NCBI GenBank assembly: GCA_024137785.1
Contig: JAHRHZ010000040.1
Location: 4,120,894-4,184,893 of the forward strand
Source of the DNA: Ginglymostoma cirratum
Lineage: Eukaryota
Length of the DNA: 64,000 bases
Reading direction: 5' to 3'
Shown in pieces: positions 1 through 12,470 of this stretch (within the stretch, counting starts at the first letter, position 1; every line of letters begins with the position of its first letter). The position numbers were made by a program, and so were the translations under genes. Under the pieces are notes generated by a model. The model ran no database searches. It worked only from the letters and a program-made list of their open reading frames with translations, and was not told the DNA's origin.

Positions 1-657
1 GAGGCGAAGGAATTGGGAATAGGGGATGGCATTTTTGCAGGAGGGTGGGTGGGAGGAGGTGTATTCCAGGTAGCTGTGGGAGTCAGTGGGCTTGAAATGG
101 ACATCTGTCTCTAGGTGGTTGCCCGAGATGGAGACAGAGAGGTCCAGGAAGGAGAGAGAAGTGTTAGAGATGGTCCAGGTGAACTTCAGGTTGGGGTGGA
201 AGGTGTTGGTGAATTGGATGAACTGTTCGAGCTCCTCGTGGGAGCACGAGGCGGCGCCGATGCAGTCATCAATGTAACGGAGGAAGAGGTGGGGTTTAGG
301 GCCAGTGTAGGTACGGAAGAGGGATTGTTCCACATAACCTACGAAGAGGCAGGCATAGCTTGGACCCATGCGGGTACCCATGGCCACACCCTTTGTTTGT
401 AGGAAGTGGGAGGAATTGAAAGAAAAGTTGTTGAGGGTGAGGACGAGTTCGGCTAGGCGGATGAGGGTGTCGGTGGAGGGGGATTGGTCCGTTCTGCGGG
501 ACAGGAAGAAGCGGAGGGCCTTTAGGCCATCAGCATGGGGAATACAGGTATATAGGGACTGGACGTCCATAGTAAAAATGAGGTGTTGGGGACCTGGGAA
601 TTGGAAGTTCTGGAGGAGGTGGAGGGCATGGGTGGTGTCACGGACGTAGGTAGGGAA
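1..657 (-). mobile_element. Penelope-like element (Neptune-type), 5'-truncated; uninterrupted RT reading frame running off the window start
   Basis: Minus-strand translation PTYVRDTTHAL...FTMDVQSLYTCIPH...GVAMGTRMGPSYACLFVG...FLRYIDDCIG (YIDD at 276-265)...YTSSHPPSCKNAIPYSQFLRL, with no stop codon. Near-identical to the copy at 26064 where the two overlap. Confidence 0.93.
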
Positions 658-824
658 ACAATATAAACAAACTTCCATTAACACTCCAGGAGGCCTTCAG
701 TCTTCTGTATGGCACATACTGGTTTAAAATCAGAATTCTGGAAGGACTGGCCTAATTCATTAATAAATCCCTTCACACTAATGTATCATTACAATATGCC
801 ACTAGAGTAAAATCTAAACTCTAA

Positions 825-826
<2 letters not shown>

Positions 827-876
<50 letters not shown>

Positions 877-877
877 G
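827..877. repeat. (CA)n microsatellite
   Basis: Direct AC dinucleotide run with a short AT interruption. Confidence 0.97.
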
Positions 878-1291
878 TACATACATAATTCACAAACATT
901 TCATCAAACAAGCCTAATGTCCAATTAACAGCTCTCACACTTATTCCACCAAAGTACAAACCTTTGCTGCTCTGAATAATTCCTACACATTCACTGGAGT
1001 GGCCAATCAATGCAGTTAACTCCTTCGTGCAGTGGTGTGCTGCTGTCCCAGTCAATGCTAGCTCATTCCTAAACTTCACAAGCTTTTATTCCTCTTACAC
1101 AAAGAATTTCCTTTTATCTTTAGTGCAGGGATTAGTGGCATCCAATAAACTGGCATCTGAAAAGGCCTGTGCCAGAGACCTCTACCACTTCAACCACTGA
1201 GAAGGAGGTTACTGAACCATCAGACGATACATTAGCAAGACTTTCACCTGCACCTTCCACCAGCTCAGAGATTTTCAATAAGTATTTTCTT

Positions 1292-1530
1292 TATTTATTC
1301 ATTCACAGGATATGGACCTCCCACTGGGTATTACCCATCCCTAATTAGTCTTGAGGAAGTAGCAGCGACTACTTTCCCATTTGGTGACGGTACATCCACA
1401 ATGTTACTGGGGAGGAAGTTCCAGGATTTGTGTCCTGTGACACTAAAGAAACAGCGATATATTTCCAAGTCAGAATGGTGAGTGGGCTGTCGGAGAACTT
1501 GAAGTTGACTGTGTTCGCGTCTACTTGTTT
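1292..1530 (-). mobile_element. 3' end of a CR1/L2-group LINE (family B, tail ...cccacatcccatgaatgaataa)
   Basis: Similar to 34400-34670 (+), 41130-41280 (-) and 50238-50665 (-). Confidence 0.7.
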
Positions 1531-1637
1531 GACTCGAGAGCATATTCTGGTGAGCTCATCTGTCTGGAGTCTGAACTGCAGCAAAAATAATCCTGACCTA
1601 ATCAATCTCTCCTCATATGTCAGTCCTGCCATCCCTG

Positions 1638-2405
1638 AAGAGGAAATGTTGAGGGTCTTAAAATTTATAAAGGTAGATAAATCCCCGGGATCTAATCAGT
1701 TGTGTCCCAGGACATTGTGGGAAACTAGGGAAGAAATTGTGGGGCCCCTAGCAGAGATATTTGAATCATCAACAGCCACAGGTAAGGTGTCGCAAGGCTG
1801 GAGGGTGGACAATGTTATGCCATTATTGAAGAAACGTTGCAAGGAAAAGCCGAGGAACTACAGACCAGTGAGTCTGAAATCAATTGTGGGTAAGTTGTTG
1901 GAGGGGATTCTGAGAGATAGGATTTGCGCGCATTTGGAAAGGCAAGGACTGATTAATAATAGTCATCATGGCTTTGTGCATGGAATATCATGTTTCACAA
2001 ATTTGATTGAGTTTTTTGAGGAGGTAACCAAGAAGACAGATATAAGCAGAGCGGTAGGTGTTGTCTACATGGACTTTAGCAAGACCTTCAACAAGGTTCC
2101 ATATAGTAGACAGGTTAGTAAGGTTAGGTCGCAAGGAATCCAAGGAAAGCTAGCCAATTGGACACAAAATTGGCTTGATTGTAGGAGACAGAGGTGGGTA
2201 GTAGAGGGTTGTTGTTCAGACTGGAGGCCTTTGACGAGCTGTGTGCCATAAGGATTGGTATGGGGTCCACTATTGTTAATCATTTATATAAATGATTTGG
2301 ATGAGAATGTAGGAAGCATGTTTAGTTAGCTTATGGATGCCACCAAAATTGGTGATATAATGGACAGTGAAAAAGGGTCTGTTTCCATGTTCTATGACTC
2401 TGTAT
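1638..2405 (+). mobile_element. CR1 (HER1-type) LINE RT fragment, internally deleted, with 3' tail
   Basis: ORF 1430-2251 contains KSPG, NYRPVSLKSIVGKLLE, HGFVHG, VYMDFSKTFNKVP and WRPLTSCVP. Ends in a ctatgactct-type tail. Confidence 0.9.
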
Positions 2406-3778
2406 CACTAATGAATTATTCGGCCAGATAGAGCATGGACAGAAATGGATTGTCTGTGTTGTAATCTCCCTGCCTCTTCCAGTTATACCTCTTCTTTGTG
2501 CTTCAGTTTCTCATCTTTTCATGATGATGTAGTGGTAATCTTACTGAACTACTATCTGAGGAGCTAAGGTTAAATCATCGGGGGAAACCTTTAAATGAAT
2601 GGCACAGAATGGGCTAAGAAAGCAACGAAATAAAAAAAATGACAAAACAATTGATGCTACATCGAAAGCAGACACCAAGAGGCACAGCTACAGAAGGGAA
2701 ATCAAGGGCAATAGAAGTAATTTGAACTAAGGTCACAGCGCCAGTAATGTCATGAAGCCAGAATAAAGGTAACAAAGGGATAACATAAATGACTAAATAG
2801 ACAGTGTCAAACAGAAGAGGATTGTAGTAACACAATTGAGAAATGAGAATTTAATTAATAATTTATAAAGGCTACAGGTATGAGGCTTTATTTTGGAATG
2901 TCATGGAAAAGGACATTCATTATTTAGTTGTAGTTAAAGATGGAATTAGTGGGAATTTGTCCTTGATATCTTCTTAAAAATAGGAAATCTCTGCTTTTCC
3001 TGCAGGAAGCAGGAAACCTCAGATTGTTTGTAGAAAGTGGGAAACCTCCACTTTGACTGTAAAACATGGAAAAATTCCAAGTGAGCAGCACTGAGCTATA
3101 GCATTGCTATAATATAGAATCTATAACTTAAACAGAAGGAAATTAAATCAATGTAAAGCTTAAAATACTTTCAGACAGCGAAAATAAAACAGCATTGCCT
3201 TTGAAAAGTCAGAATCTACTTAGGAAAGAGATTAAAATAGCATTGAACTAAAAATGTTGGAAGTAAGGAAACTAAATCGTCACATAAGGAAGAAAATGCA
3301 GGAGAAATAATACTTCCTAGCATATTTAATTTCAAGTTGGGCCAAATAAAACACAGGATCAGACATCTTGGAGAGAGCAGATCTTAAGATACTGAATTGT
3401 TTGCAAGCTAGACATTAAGTCACAAGCTAACAAGTTAAGTACATTATTGTTTTCAATAGCATTTGTAACAATGAGAATCAAAACTAAAGTGGGATGATTA
3501 CAGATGCAGGATATGTTCAAGAAGATATTGTCTGGTTCTAAAATCTGCAAAGAAAACCTACTTAATTGAACAGAACATCAGTCTTTCATAAAGAAAATTC
3601 ATAAAATGAATGGTTCCCTAGATAATGGACTGACTACCTCATTTAGCAGGAACAACATTCTCTGTAAAGCACATCCAAGAGATAAATGGTCCTTGAATGT
3701 AGTGAAACATTTCAAACCTTGCAAGGTCAAGAACAGAATCATGTTCAATGGTCCTCAAGATAAACTTCCAAGTCCAAA

Positions 3779-4119
3779 GAGATAAAAGGTACTGCAGATG
3801 CTGGAGAATCCGAGATAACAAGCATGGGGCTGGATGAACACAGCAGGTCAAGCAGCATCATAGGAGCAGGAAAACTTGACGTTTCGGGCCTAAACCCTTC
3901 ATCAGAAATGGGGGAGGGGAAGAGGGTTCTGAAATAAATAGGGAGAGAGGGGGAGGCGGATAGAGGATGGATAGAGGAGGGGATAGGTGGAGAGGAGGCA
4001 GACAAGTCGAAGAGGCGGGGATGGAGCCAGTAAAGGTGAGTGTAGGTAGGGGGGTAGGGAGGAGATAGGTCAGTCCAGGGAGGACGGACAGGTCAAGGGG
4101 GCGGGATGATGTTAGTAGA
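3779..4119 (-). mobile_element. PLE 3' end (young subfamily) with tail and hammerhead
   Basis: Essentially identical to 39122-39460. Begins gagataaaaggtactgcagatgctggag. Confidence 0.92.
3874..3909 (-). ncRNA. Minimal type I hammerhead ribozyme motif
   Basis: Minus strand reads ATTT-CTGATGA-A-GGGT(TTAG)GCCC-GAAA-CG-TC-AAGT: intact core, 4-bp helix II, palindromic ACGT in place of helix III, and 4-bp helix I. Predicted cut after GUC, between 3878 and 3877. Confidence 0.8.
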
Positions 4120-5459
4120 GGTTGCTTTCTGTGAAACCACTATACCACCTGAATTTACGAAGTCTGAGTCTTGAGGGGAGATTGGGAGTGGTGACTTTAA
4201 AAATATATCTGAATTCAAAAATGTTAACTGGGGGGAAAATATTGAGGGTGGGCCGTGTTGTATGAGGTAATGGTTTTGAAAGGGTTAATGTTGGGGAATG
4301 CATTATACTCCACGCAATCTGATGATATCATTCAGATATGTGCAAGGACAAGGCGGTACAATTTAGGATTTTGTAGAATGAAGACTTCTATCCCAGGTTT
4401 CCTTGTAGCCTTTGTAACAAAGTCCAACTTATGCATGATTGCTGTGACAAAATGAGCTACGTTCTGCTTAAGTGAAGACTCATTAAGTCTTGCCAGTGAT
4501 TATCCCCTATCATTGTAAACTTATTAAGCTTTTATGTCCAGTCAGGAGGATGGTGGCAGCAAATTACTTCAAATAGAAGCTGATAGTGAGTAGAATCACA
4601 GTCCATTGAACAATGTATGTGTGCAAGCTCTTTTACCAAGATGGGGTCCTTCTGAAGTTTGTGTGTGCATCTCGGATGTAATTTTTGAACATTAAGAAAA
4701 TATATAGTCCCTAAAGTGTGAATAACATAGACACCAATTTCTCCACCTATATAGCCCATTTATATATTTCACAGAATCAGTAGCTCATAAAAAATGTGCA
4801 ATTTTGATTAGGATGTAATTTATGAAGTGTATTTGAAATTTTATATGGGCAGCTAGCTTACATATTCCTGTGTGTCTAAGTGAAATCGACCGTCTTTTCT
4901 AATCCCAAAAGAATATATTTCTGGACTTTATTGTTGACTGTCAGAGAGCACTGAACATAGACTGTGCTCATACAAGAATCTCAAAAATCCTTCAGCAATG
5001 CAGTGTTTCATCGTGGTAGGAAAAACCAGGTTATGATCTACTTTTCTCTGCTAAAATGTCAAGAGAAGTGTCTTGCTCTTTTTCCTTAATAATGCATTCA
5101 ATTATTTTTTCCACATTTTCTCCATAATGCAAATGGTCCAGGTGGATTTCAGAGAAAGGTTTGGAGGAAGGGATGATTTACAAGTGAACACATTACAGTG
5201 AATGCAAGAAACATGTTGGTTTTAGGCTAAACAGTGTAGTTGTGTTCCCCGTGGCATGTCAATCATAACTCTGCAAGGAGAGAGATGGAAAAGCACTAAA
5301 CCCAATCTCCCTGGAGGGAGTGAATGATAGAGAGAGAGAAAGGCTTGTAACTGAGAGAGTGACACCACAAGAAAAGTATCTATTGACTAAAAATGAGACA
5401 GCTATTTTTAAAAATTTTACTTCCTTCATAAGTAATGGTACAATCATAGAAAATTGAGC

Positions 5460-5895
5460 TATAGGGAGAGACTGAATAGACTAGGGCTATTTTCCCTGGG
5501 GAATCAGAGGCTGAGGGGTGACCTTACTGAGGTTTTTAAAATCATGGAAAGGGCAAATAGACAAGGTCTTTTTACCGGGATGGGAGGAGTCCCAAACAGG
5601 AGGGCATAGGTTTAAGGTGAGAGGGGAAAGATTTAAATGGACCTCAGGGGCAACTTTTTCACGCAGAGGATGGTACATGTACTGACTGAGCTGCCAGACG
5701 AAGTGGTGGAGGCCGGTACAATTAGAACATTTAAAAGGCATCTGGATGTGTATACGATTAGGAGGGGTAAAGAGGGATATTGGCAAAATGCTGGCAAATG
5801 GGATTAGATTTATTTAGAATATCTGTTTGGCATGGACAAGTTGGGCCGAAAGTCTGTTTCTGTACTGTATATCTCTATGACTCTTTGACTCTATA
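5460..5895 (+). mobile_element. CR1 LINE 3' end
   Basis: aggctgaggggtgacctt...tttaaggtgagagggg...tttttcacgcagagg followed by the ctctatgactct tail. Confidence 0.85.
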
Positions 5896-5967
5896 GCAAT
5901 TATAGTGCTGAAGAAGGTCATTCAGCCAATTGTGTCCATGTTGTCTCTTTGTAAGAGCAATTCTTTT

Positions 5968-6285
5968 ATTTAATTCATGCACGAGATGAGGGCATCACTG
6001 GCTAGGTCAGTACTTATTGCCCATCCCTAGTTGCAAAGAGGGCAATTAAGAGTCAACCACATTGCTGTGGTTCTGGAGTCACATATAGACCAGACCAGGT
6101 AAGGATAGCAGCTTCCGTGCTTAAAGTGAATAATGGATACATAGTCACTGCTGGATTCTTAATTTTTATTTTTATTGAATTTAAATTCTACCATCCACCA
6201 TGGTGTTTTTCAAACCTGGGTCTCCAGAACATTATCTGGGTCTTTGGATTAATAGATTAGTGATAATACCACTTGGTGATAATAT
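5968..6285 (-). mobile_element. tRNA-derived SINE with a family-B LINE tail
   Basis: Reverse complement matches the SINE at 6706-7266. Confidence 0.75.
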
Positions 6286-6804
6286 CCTTTTCTTCTCTAA
6301 TGTCTCCTAATTTTTAATAGCAAATGGGTCACCTCACAATTTCCTGCATTAAGCTTTGTTTTCCATGTGTGTCCTGATTCTACCAGCCGGTCTTGTTCTC
6401 TTGCAGCTTGTCTCTATTCCCCTCATGATCTACTGTACTCAAATATTTTGTGTGATCTGAAAATGTTGAGATTGTGCCATGTATATCCAAGCTTAGATAA
6501 CTCATATATGTCAAGAAAAGCAGCAGTGGTAACACTATTTCTTGGGGAAGGACACTATATATCTTCCACCAGCCAAAAGCAACTTTCATCATTACTCTCC
6601 ATTTCTTATCACTCAGCCAATATCACCAATATCATTATCTCTGATACAATATCATATCCATACTGTTCCTGTTTCTTTAGTTGCACAGGCTGATAAGTAA
6701 AGAGTAGGTGATGGCCTAGTGGTATTATCACTAGACTTTTAATCCATAGACCCAGATAATGTTCTGAGGATCTGGATTTGAATCCTGCTACAGCAGATGA
6801 TGGT

Positions 6805-7034
6805 GACAACAAGGTGTAGAGCTGGATGAACACAGAAGGCCAAGCAGCATCAGAGGAGCAGGAAAGCTGATGTTTTGGGCCTAGACACTTCTTCAGAAAA
6901 GCCTTCTGAAGAAGGGTCTAGGCCCGAAACGTCAGCTTTCCTGCTCCTCTGATGCTGCTTGACCTGCTGGGTTCATCCAGCTCTACACCTTGTTATCTCA
7001 GATTCTCCAGCATCTGCAGTTCCTACTATCTCTC
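6805..7034 (+). mobile_element. Fold-back (inverted-dimer) PLE mini-element with two hammerhead motifs
   Basis: Arm 6805-6898 is the reverse complement of 6904-6997, with a few mismatches. Unpaired tail 6998-7034. 15-bp TSD acagcagatgatggt at 6790-6804 and 7035-7049. Confidence 0.9.
6904..6936 (+). ncRNA. Minimal hammerhead ribozyme motif
   Basis: TT-CTGAAGA-A-GGGTCTAGGCCC-GAAA-CG-TC-AG. The variable core position 7 is A here. Confidence 0.7.
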
Positions 7035-10000
7035 ACAGCAGATGATGGTACTTCAATTCAAAATTAATCTTGAAATGACTTTAATGATGACCATGAAACC
7101 ATTGCTGATTGTCAGGAAAAACCCATCTGGTTCACTAATGACCTTTAGGGAAGGAAATCTGCCATTCATACCTGGTCTGGCCTACATGTGACTCCAGACC
7201 CACAGCAAAGTGGTTAACTCTTAACTAGCAATAAATAGTGATGCCCACATCCAATGAATAAAAAAAGTCCATTATGCATCACTTTAGCAAGTGTCTTTCC
7301 ACTGTCAATGTAAATCACATCATCTGTATTGCACTCCTCAATGCTCTCTGTTATGTTATCAAAAACTAACCCAAGTTAGTTAAACACACTTTGCCCTTAA
7401 CAAATCAGCAATGACTTTCCTCAATTAGTCCACATTTGCCCAAATTATTCTTTGTAAAAGTTTTCTTCCAAGGAGCATTGAAATAATTGGATTAGTAGGT
7501 GCACTTACTTTGACACCTCTTTTTGGAAGAAAATTCGTATACTGGCAATCCTCCAGTCCTCTGGAATCACCCTTGCAGCTGAAGAAATTGGAAGAATTCA
7601 GCTGGAGTTTCTGCAGTTTTCATTCACTTCCCTCAGTGTCTTTGGATGCATCTCCTTCTTTTGTAAAGGCATCTGAAAAGTAATGATTTAATATCTCAGC
7701 CACTTACCCCATCAACCCCCTTCAGAATCAAATCTAGTCATGCTTTCTCCCACTTTTAACTGGAAACATAGAGATGTAGAAAATTCTCCTGAACACAGTC
7801 CAGAAATTCTGGCCTCTTTCTGTCTTTTACATTGTTATCTCAGTCTATGTCAGGGCAACTAAATTGTCCCCTTATAACTGTCTTTAATTTTTGCATCTGT
7901 CAGTTATTTCCTTACAAATTTGTTTCTTCATTTCTTTCTCTCCAGTTGATAGCCATCAGAATACATTTAATGGGACCGGCTATTGTTTTATAGTTCAAAC
8001 CAAATAGATTCTGTGTCTGACTCCTTTAATATATCTTTTCTACTGCAGGTCTATAATATTCTCCTTAATCATACTGTGACATCTTTTACTTACTTTGCTT
8101 TCTTGTTTTTCCTGGGCATCTTATATTTAGCATCCAGTTTTCAAGCTAGGTCTCCGATATTGCTACAACATCTTATTCGTATGTCGTTATTTGTGCCAGA
8201 AGGTTAAAAGTATTTGTTTCAACTCTCTCTTCCACCTACCCTTTACACGTCTTATCTCTCCTAGATCTGGCCCTAATGTCCCTGGAAATTAAATCCCTCC
8301 CTCCTGCACCATCTCTTCAGTTACACACTCATCTGCTCAGTACTTTTATTTCTATACTCATTTGCACCTGGTTTTCCCATTGCAGCCTGACCAGGTTGCT
8401 GAGGGATCCAAAGATAAAAAAAGATAATGAGCTGCTCCTGGTAAGTTCAGCAGAACCTCTGCATTCCTGGAATTACCAATTTTATTCCAACAATCACTCT
8501 TCTCTGCTCACTCCATGACTGCCTTTAAAAATAATTTGGGGCCCATACCTAAACATCCTTGCTGCAGTACAATGATCAGGACTGGCATGACAACATCACT
8601 GCATTGCACAAACTCATTGAAGTAGATTTTCCAGCTGGGCCCAAAGGGACTGACAGCTTTTTTTAAAAATTGGAGTAGAAAGAAAAGGAGAAGCAGTATT
8701 GGGAATCAGACTAATAAGACAGCTCTGCGGGACAATGAGATCCTTCTGAAAATATCCAGTCACTGAGGTTATAGCTGTGTGCAAATTGGCTGCTAAATCA
8801 ACCTAGAAACAAGAAAAGAACTATAAAGTACACAAACAGACGCAGCAAGTTAAAATGACACCTACAAAAAACAGTCACTGAACTAAGTCTACCACAGTTT
8901 ATATTATAATTGATGCAAATTTCACTCGAAATCATTCACAAATTGCGAACTATGCGTATTTTATACTCTGAAATGACAATTGAAAACACAGAAGATGTAT
9001 GTCTAGTGAGGCTAGTCTGGATGGAAAGAGTGCCTCTTGTGCAACGGAGAATGCATTATTCAGCATCTACAGCAGCAGAAGAATGCACTGTCTTTTGGAT
9101 TGAATGCTTGCATGGTTCAACCATAGGTAAAACACATTTTACTCGTTGCTATGGATCTTGTGTATATCACTCCCCATTTGTCAAAGGTTGGGAATTACAT
9201 CTGAAACATCACACACCATTCTCCTGCTACATCAGATACTGATGAGTTGCTAACAGCCCCCTTACTTACTTCCAAATCTTTGAACATGAGCAACTACAGC
9301 ATCCAGAGGAAGAGGGTCCAAGATTTGAAGATCCCCATTTGAAAAGCAGGTTCTTGCAGCATCAGTATAAAGAAACAGACTTAATGTTTTACATTGGTGA
9401 CCTTACACTAGAACTGGGAAAAGCTCCCAAAGAAAGAGAGGTAATAGATTTTGAATAAGGGGCTGATAGGACAAGGACAAAGGAAATGTCTATAATCGGG
9501 TGAAAAATCAAGAGAGATAAAATGACAGGCACGTCTTTTTTCTCTGTTTCTTTTCTTGCCCCGTCACCTTTCTCTTTAGTCCTGAAAGACTAACTCAGCT
9601 GCCATTCAAACACTTCTCTCTTCTAGCCTGTCATAAATGTCCTTTTGTCTTTGTTCTGCCCATTCCTTGCTCGATGTCTATTATATCTATATTGTTTCCC
9701 AGTTCTAATTAGAAGTCCCAAGTTAGTTTCTCTTCACAAATGCTGCCATTTGCTATTTCATGCTCCCAGTTTGGCTGTTATCTAACAGGCATCTCATAAA
9801 GCAGCCACTGTGAAGGCTGGCAATGTAGTAGAGCCAAGGTTATAACATCCCTCCCTCTACAGCAAGTACCACAGGATGGCAATGAAATGGGAAACCTAAT
9901 GAATAGAAAATGAAATAAAATCATTTCCCATTGGCACAGCTCCAGCATTAAGCACAATCCTGCATCAAACAGAGAACAAATTCCTCCTGGAGGATTTGGC

Positions 10001-10335
10001 GACTCCAGCTTAGTGACCCCTCAGTGACCATTTGGAAAACATGCTCACAAGCAAAAAAATGAACAGATCAATCTCTCAGGTACCGTAATTTACAGGTCTC
10101 ACTGTACTTCCAAAGTGATTTGTAAAGCGTTCTGGGATGCCCTGAGGATGTGAAAACATCATAGTCATAGACGTCCACAGCATAGATAAAGACTCTTCAG
10201 CCCATTGAGTCTGTGCCAATCAAAAACAACCACCTAACTATTCTAATCCTATTTTCCAAGACATGGCCCATAGCCTCATATGCCTTGGAACTGCAAGTGC
10301 ACATCTCAATACTTCTTAACTGTTCTGAGGGTTTA

Positions 10336-11397
10336 ATCGGTCCTTTTCAAATTGGCAGGCAGTAACAAGTCAGGTGTCAAAGGAATTGGAGCTGGAACTC
10401 TAGCTATTCACAATATATATTGACAATTTGGGTAAGGGAACAAAATGTAACATCTCCAAGTTTGCAGATGATACCAAGTTGGGTAGGAAGGTGAACTGTG
10501 AAAAGGATGCAGAGGTCCTTCAGCATGATCTGGACAGATTGGGTGAGTGGGCAAATCAATGGCAGATGCAATATAATTTGGATAAATGTGAGGTTATTCA
10601 CTTCGGAAACAAAAACAAGAAAGCACATTACTACCTGAATGGCTGTAAATTGGGAGAAGGGAGAGTGCAGTGGGACCTGGGTGTCCTTGTACTCCAGTCG
10701 CTGAAGGTAAGCATGCAGGTGCAGCAGGCGGCAAAGAAGGCAAATGGTATGTTGGCCTTCATTGCGAGAGGTTTTGAGTACGGGAACAGGGATATGTTGT
10801 TTCAGTTGTACAGGGTCTTGTTGAGACTAAGCCTGGAATATTATGTGTGGTTTTGGTCTCCTTTTCTGAGGAAGGATGCTCTTGCTCTCAAGGGAATGCA
10901 GCGAAGGTTTACCAGGCTGATTCTGGGGATAGTGGGTCAGACGTATAAGGAGCGATTGACTAGATTGGGATTATGTTCATTATTGTTCAGATGACTGAGG
11001 GGGGATCTCATAGAGACTCATAAAATTCTAACAGGACTGGACAGGGTAAATGCAGGGAGAATGTTCCTGATGGTGGGTGTGTCCAGAATCAGGGGTCACA
11101 GTATGAGGATTTGGGGTAGACGATTTAGGTCAGAGATGAGAAGACATTTCTTCACCCAAAGAGTGGTGAGCCTGTGGAATTCATTACCATGGGAAGTAGT
11201 TAATGCCAAAACATTGAATGTATTCAAGAGGTGACTAGATATAGCACTTGGGGCGAATGGGATCAAAGGTCATGGGGAGAAAGCAGGTATAGGTTATTGA
11301 GTTGGGCAATTAGCCATGATCGTGAAGAATGGCTGAGCAGGTTCAAAGGGCCAAATGGCCTCCTTCTGCTCCTATCTTCTAAGTTTCTGTGTTTCTA
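10336..11397 (+). mobile_element. CR1 LINE 3' fragment (RT C-terminus and tail)
   Basis: ORF 10428-10994: ISKFADDTKLG, WQMQYNLDKCEVIHFG, DLGVLV, KKANGMLAFI. Tail cctatcttctaagtttct. Confidence 0.93.
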
Positions 11398-11398
11398 G

Positions 11399-12470
11399 TT
11401 CAGCACAGTTACATCCCTCTTATAACATAGATTCCAGAACTGCACAGAATACTCTAACTATGGCCTAACCAACTTTTTATACAATTCCTGCATATCTGCC
11501 CCTGCTTTTAAATGCTATGCCTTGGCTAGTAAAGACAAGTATTGCATTTCCCTTTTTAACAATTTGATCTATCTGTCTCATAGCCTTAAGGGACCAGTGT
11601 ACATACATACCAAGTCCCTCTGATGCTGCGCTTCCCAGGTTCCTGTTGTACATCTTGTATTCCCTTGCCTTGTTTGTCCGGCCCAAGTGCTTCACACCTC
11701 ACACTTACCCAGATTGAATTCAATTCGCCACTGATCAGCCCATCTGACCAGTTCTTCTATGTTCTCCTGTAATCTAAGGCTATCCTCCTCACTATTTACC
11801 ACCCCATCAAATTTTGTGTCATCCACAAACTTATCACCCCTTCATTCAAATATAAATCATTTACATATAATACAAACAGCAAGGGCACTAACTCTGATCC
11901 CTGTTGACCCCCACTGCTCACAGGATTTTAGTCTCAAAAACTCCTTGACTATTACCCTCTGCTTTCTGCCACTCCTGCTCCAATTAGATAAATTTCCTTA
12001 TGTCCCATGGGCTCTTACCATTGCTATTAGTCTTCTATGTGGGACCTTATCAAAAGCCTTGCTGAAATCATAGAGTCACAGAGTCATAGAGTCATACAGT
12101 ATGGAAACAGTCCCTTTGGTCCAACTAGTCTATGCTGACCAGATTTCCCAAAGTAAGCTAGTCCGATTTGCCTGCATTTGACTCCTATGCCTTTAAACAT
12201 TTCTTATTGTTTAATAGGAAACCTGTCCAAATGTTTTTTAAATGTTTTTACTGTACCCATGTATACCAAGTCCAAGTAGACTACATCAAATGCATTGCCC
12301 TCATCTGGTTGTCTCTTTGAAATGTTCAATAAAGTTGGTCAGACATGTCCTTCCTTTGACAAAACAGCATTGAGTGTTCTTGATTAATCCCTGATTAATC
12401 CCTGATTAATCAAGGGCAGATTAATCCTGTCTCTCAGAATTGCATCCAATAGTTTCCCCACCACTGGGGT
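11399..12470 (-). mobile_element. Degenerate CR1 RT fragment with a nested CR1 tail (~12068-12268)
   Basis: Minus strand shows DFSKAFDKVPH and FVDDTK-type motifs. Nested tail is marked by catagagtca repeats. Confidence 0.8.

Larger units (their letters stand above)
6706..7266 (+). mobile_element. tRNA-derived SINE interrupted by a PLE fold-back insertion
   Basis: A-box-like tggcctagtggta and B-box-like gatttgaatcc. Body resumes at 7035 after the TSD and ends gatgcccacatccaatgaataaaaaaa. Confidence 0.8.

Noticed and set aside
86-649. Plus-strand ORFs (MGLKWTSVSRW... and others) recurring at 26022-26243 and elsewhere
   Set aside because: They are antisense shadows of the C-rich PLE coding strand and recur only because the element is repeated.
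3745-4005. Repeated MSASSPPI... ORF in four places
   Set aside because: It lies in the PLE 3' UTR and its C-terminus differs with the flanking DNA. No evidence of coding function.
8910-9242. 110-aa ORF outside obvious repeats
   Set aside because: Non-ATG start, no recognisable domain and no convincing splice boundaries.
12381-12411. tgattaatccc repeated about three times
   Set aside because: Local slippage within a CR1 remnant, not an array.
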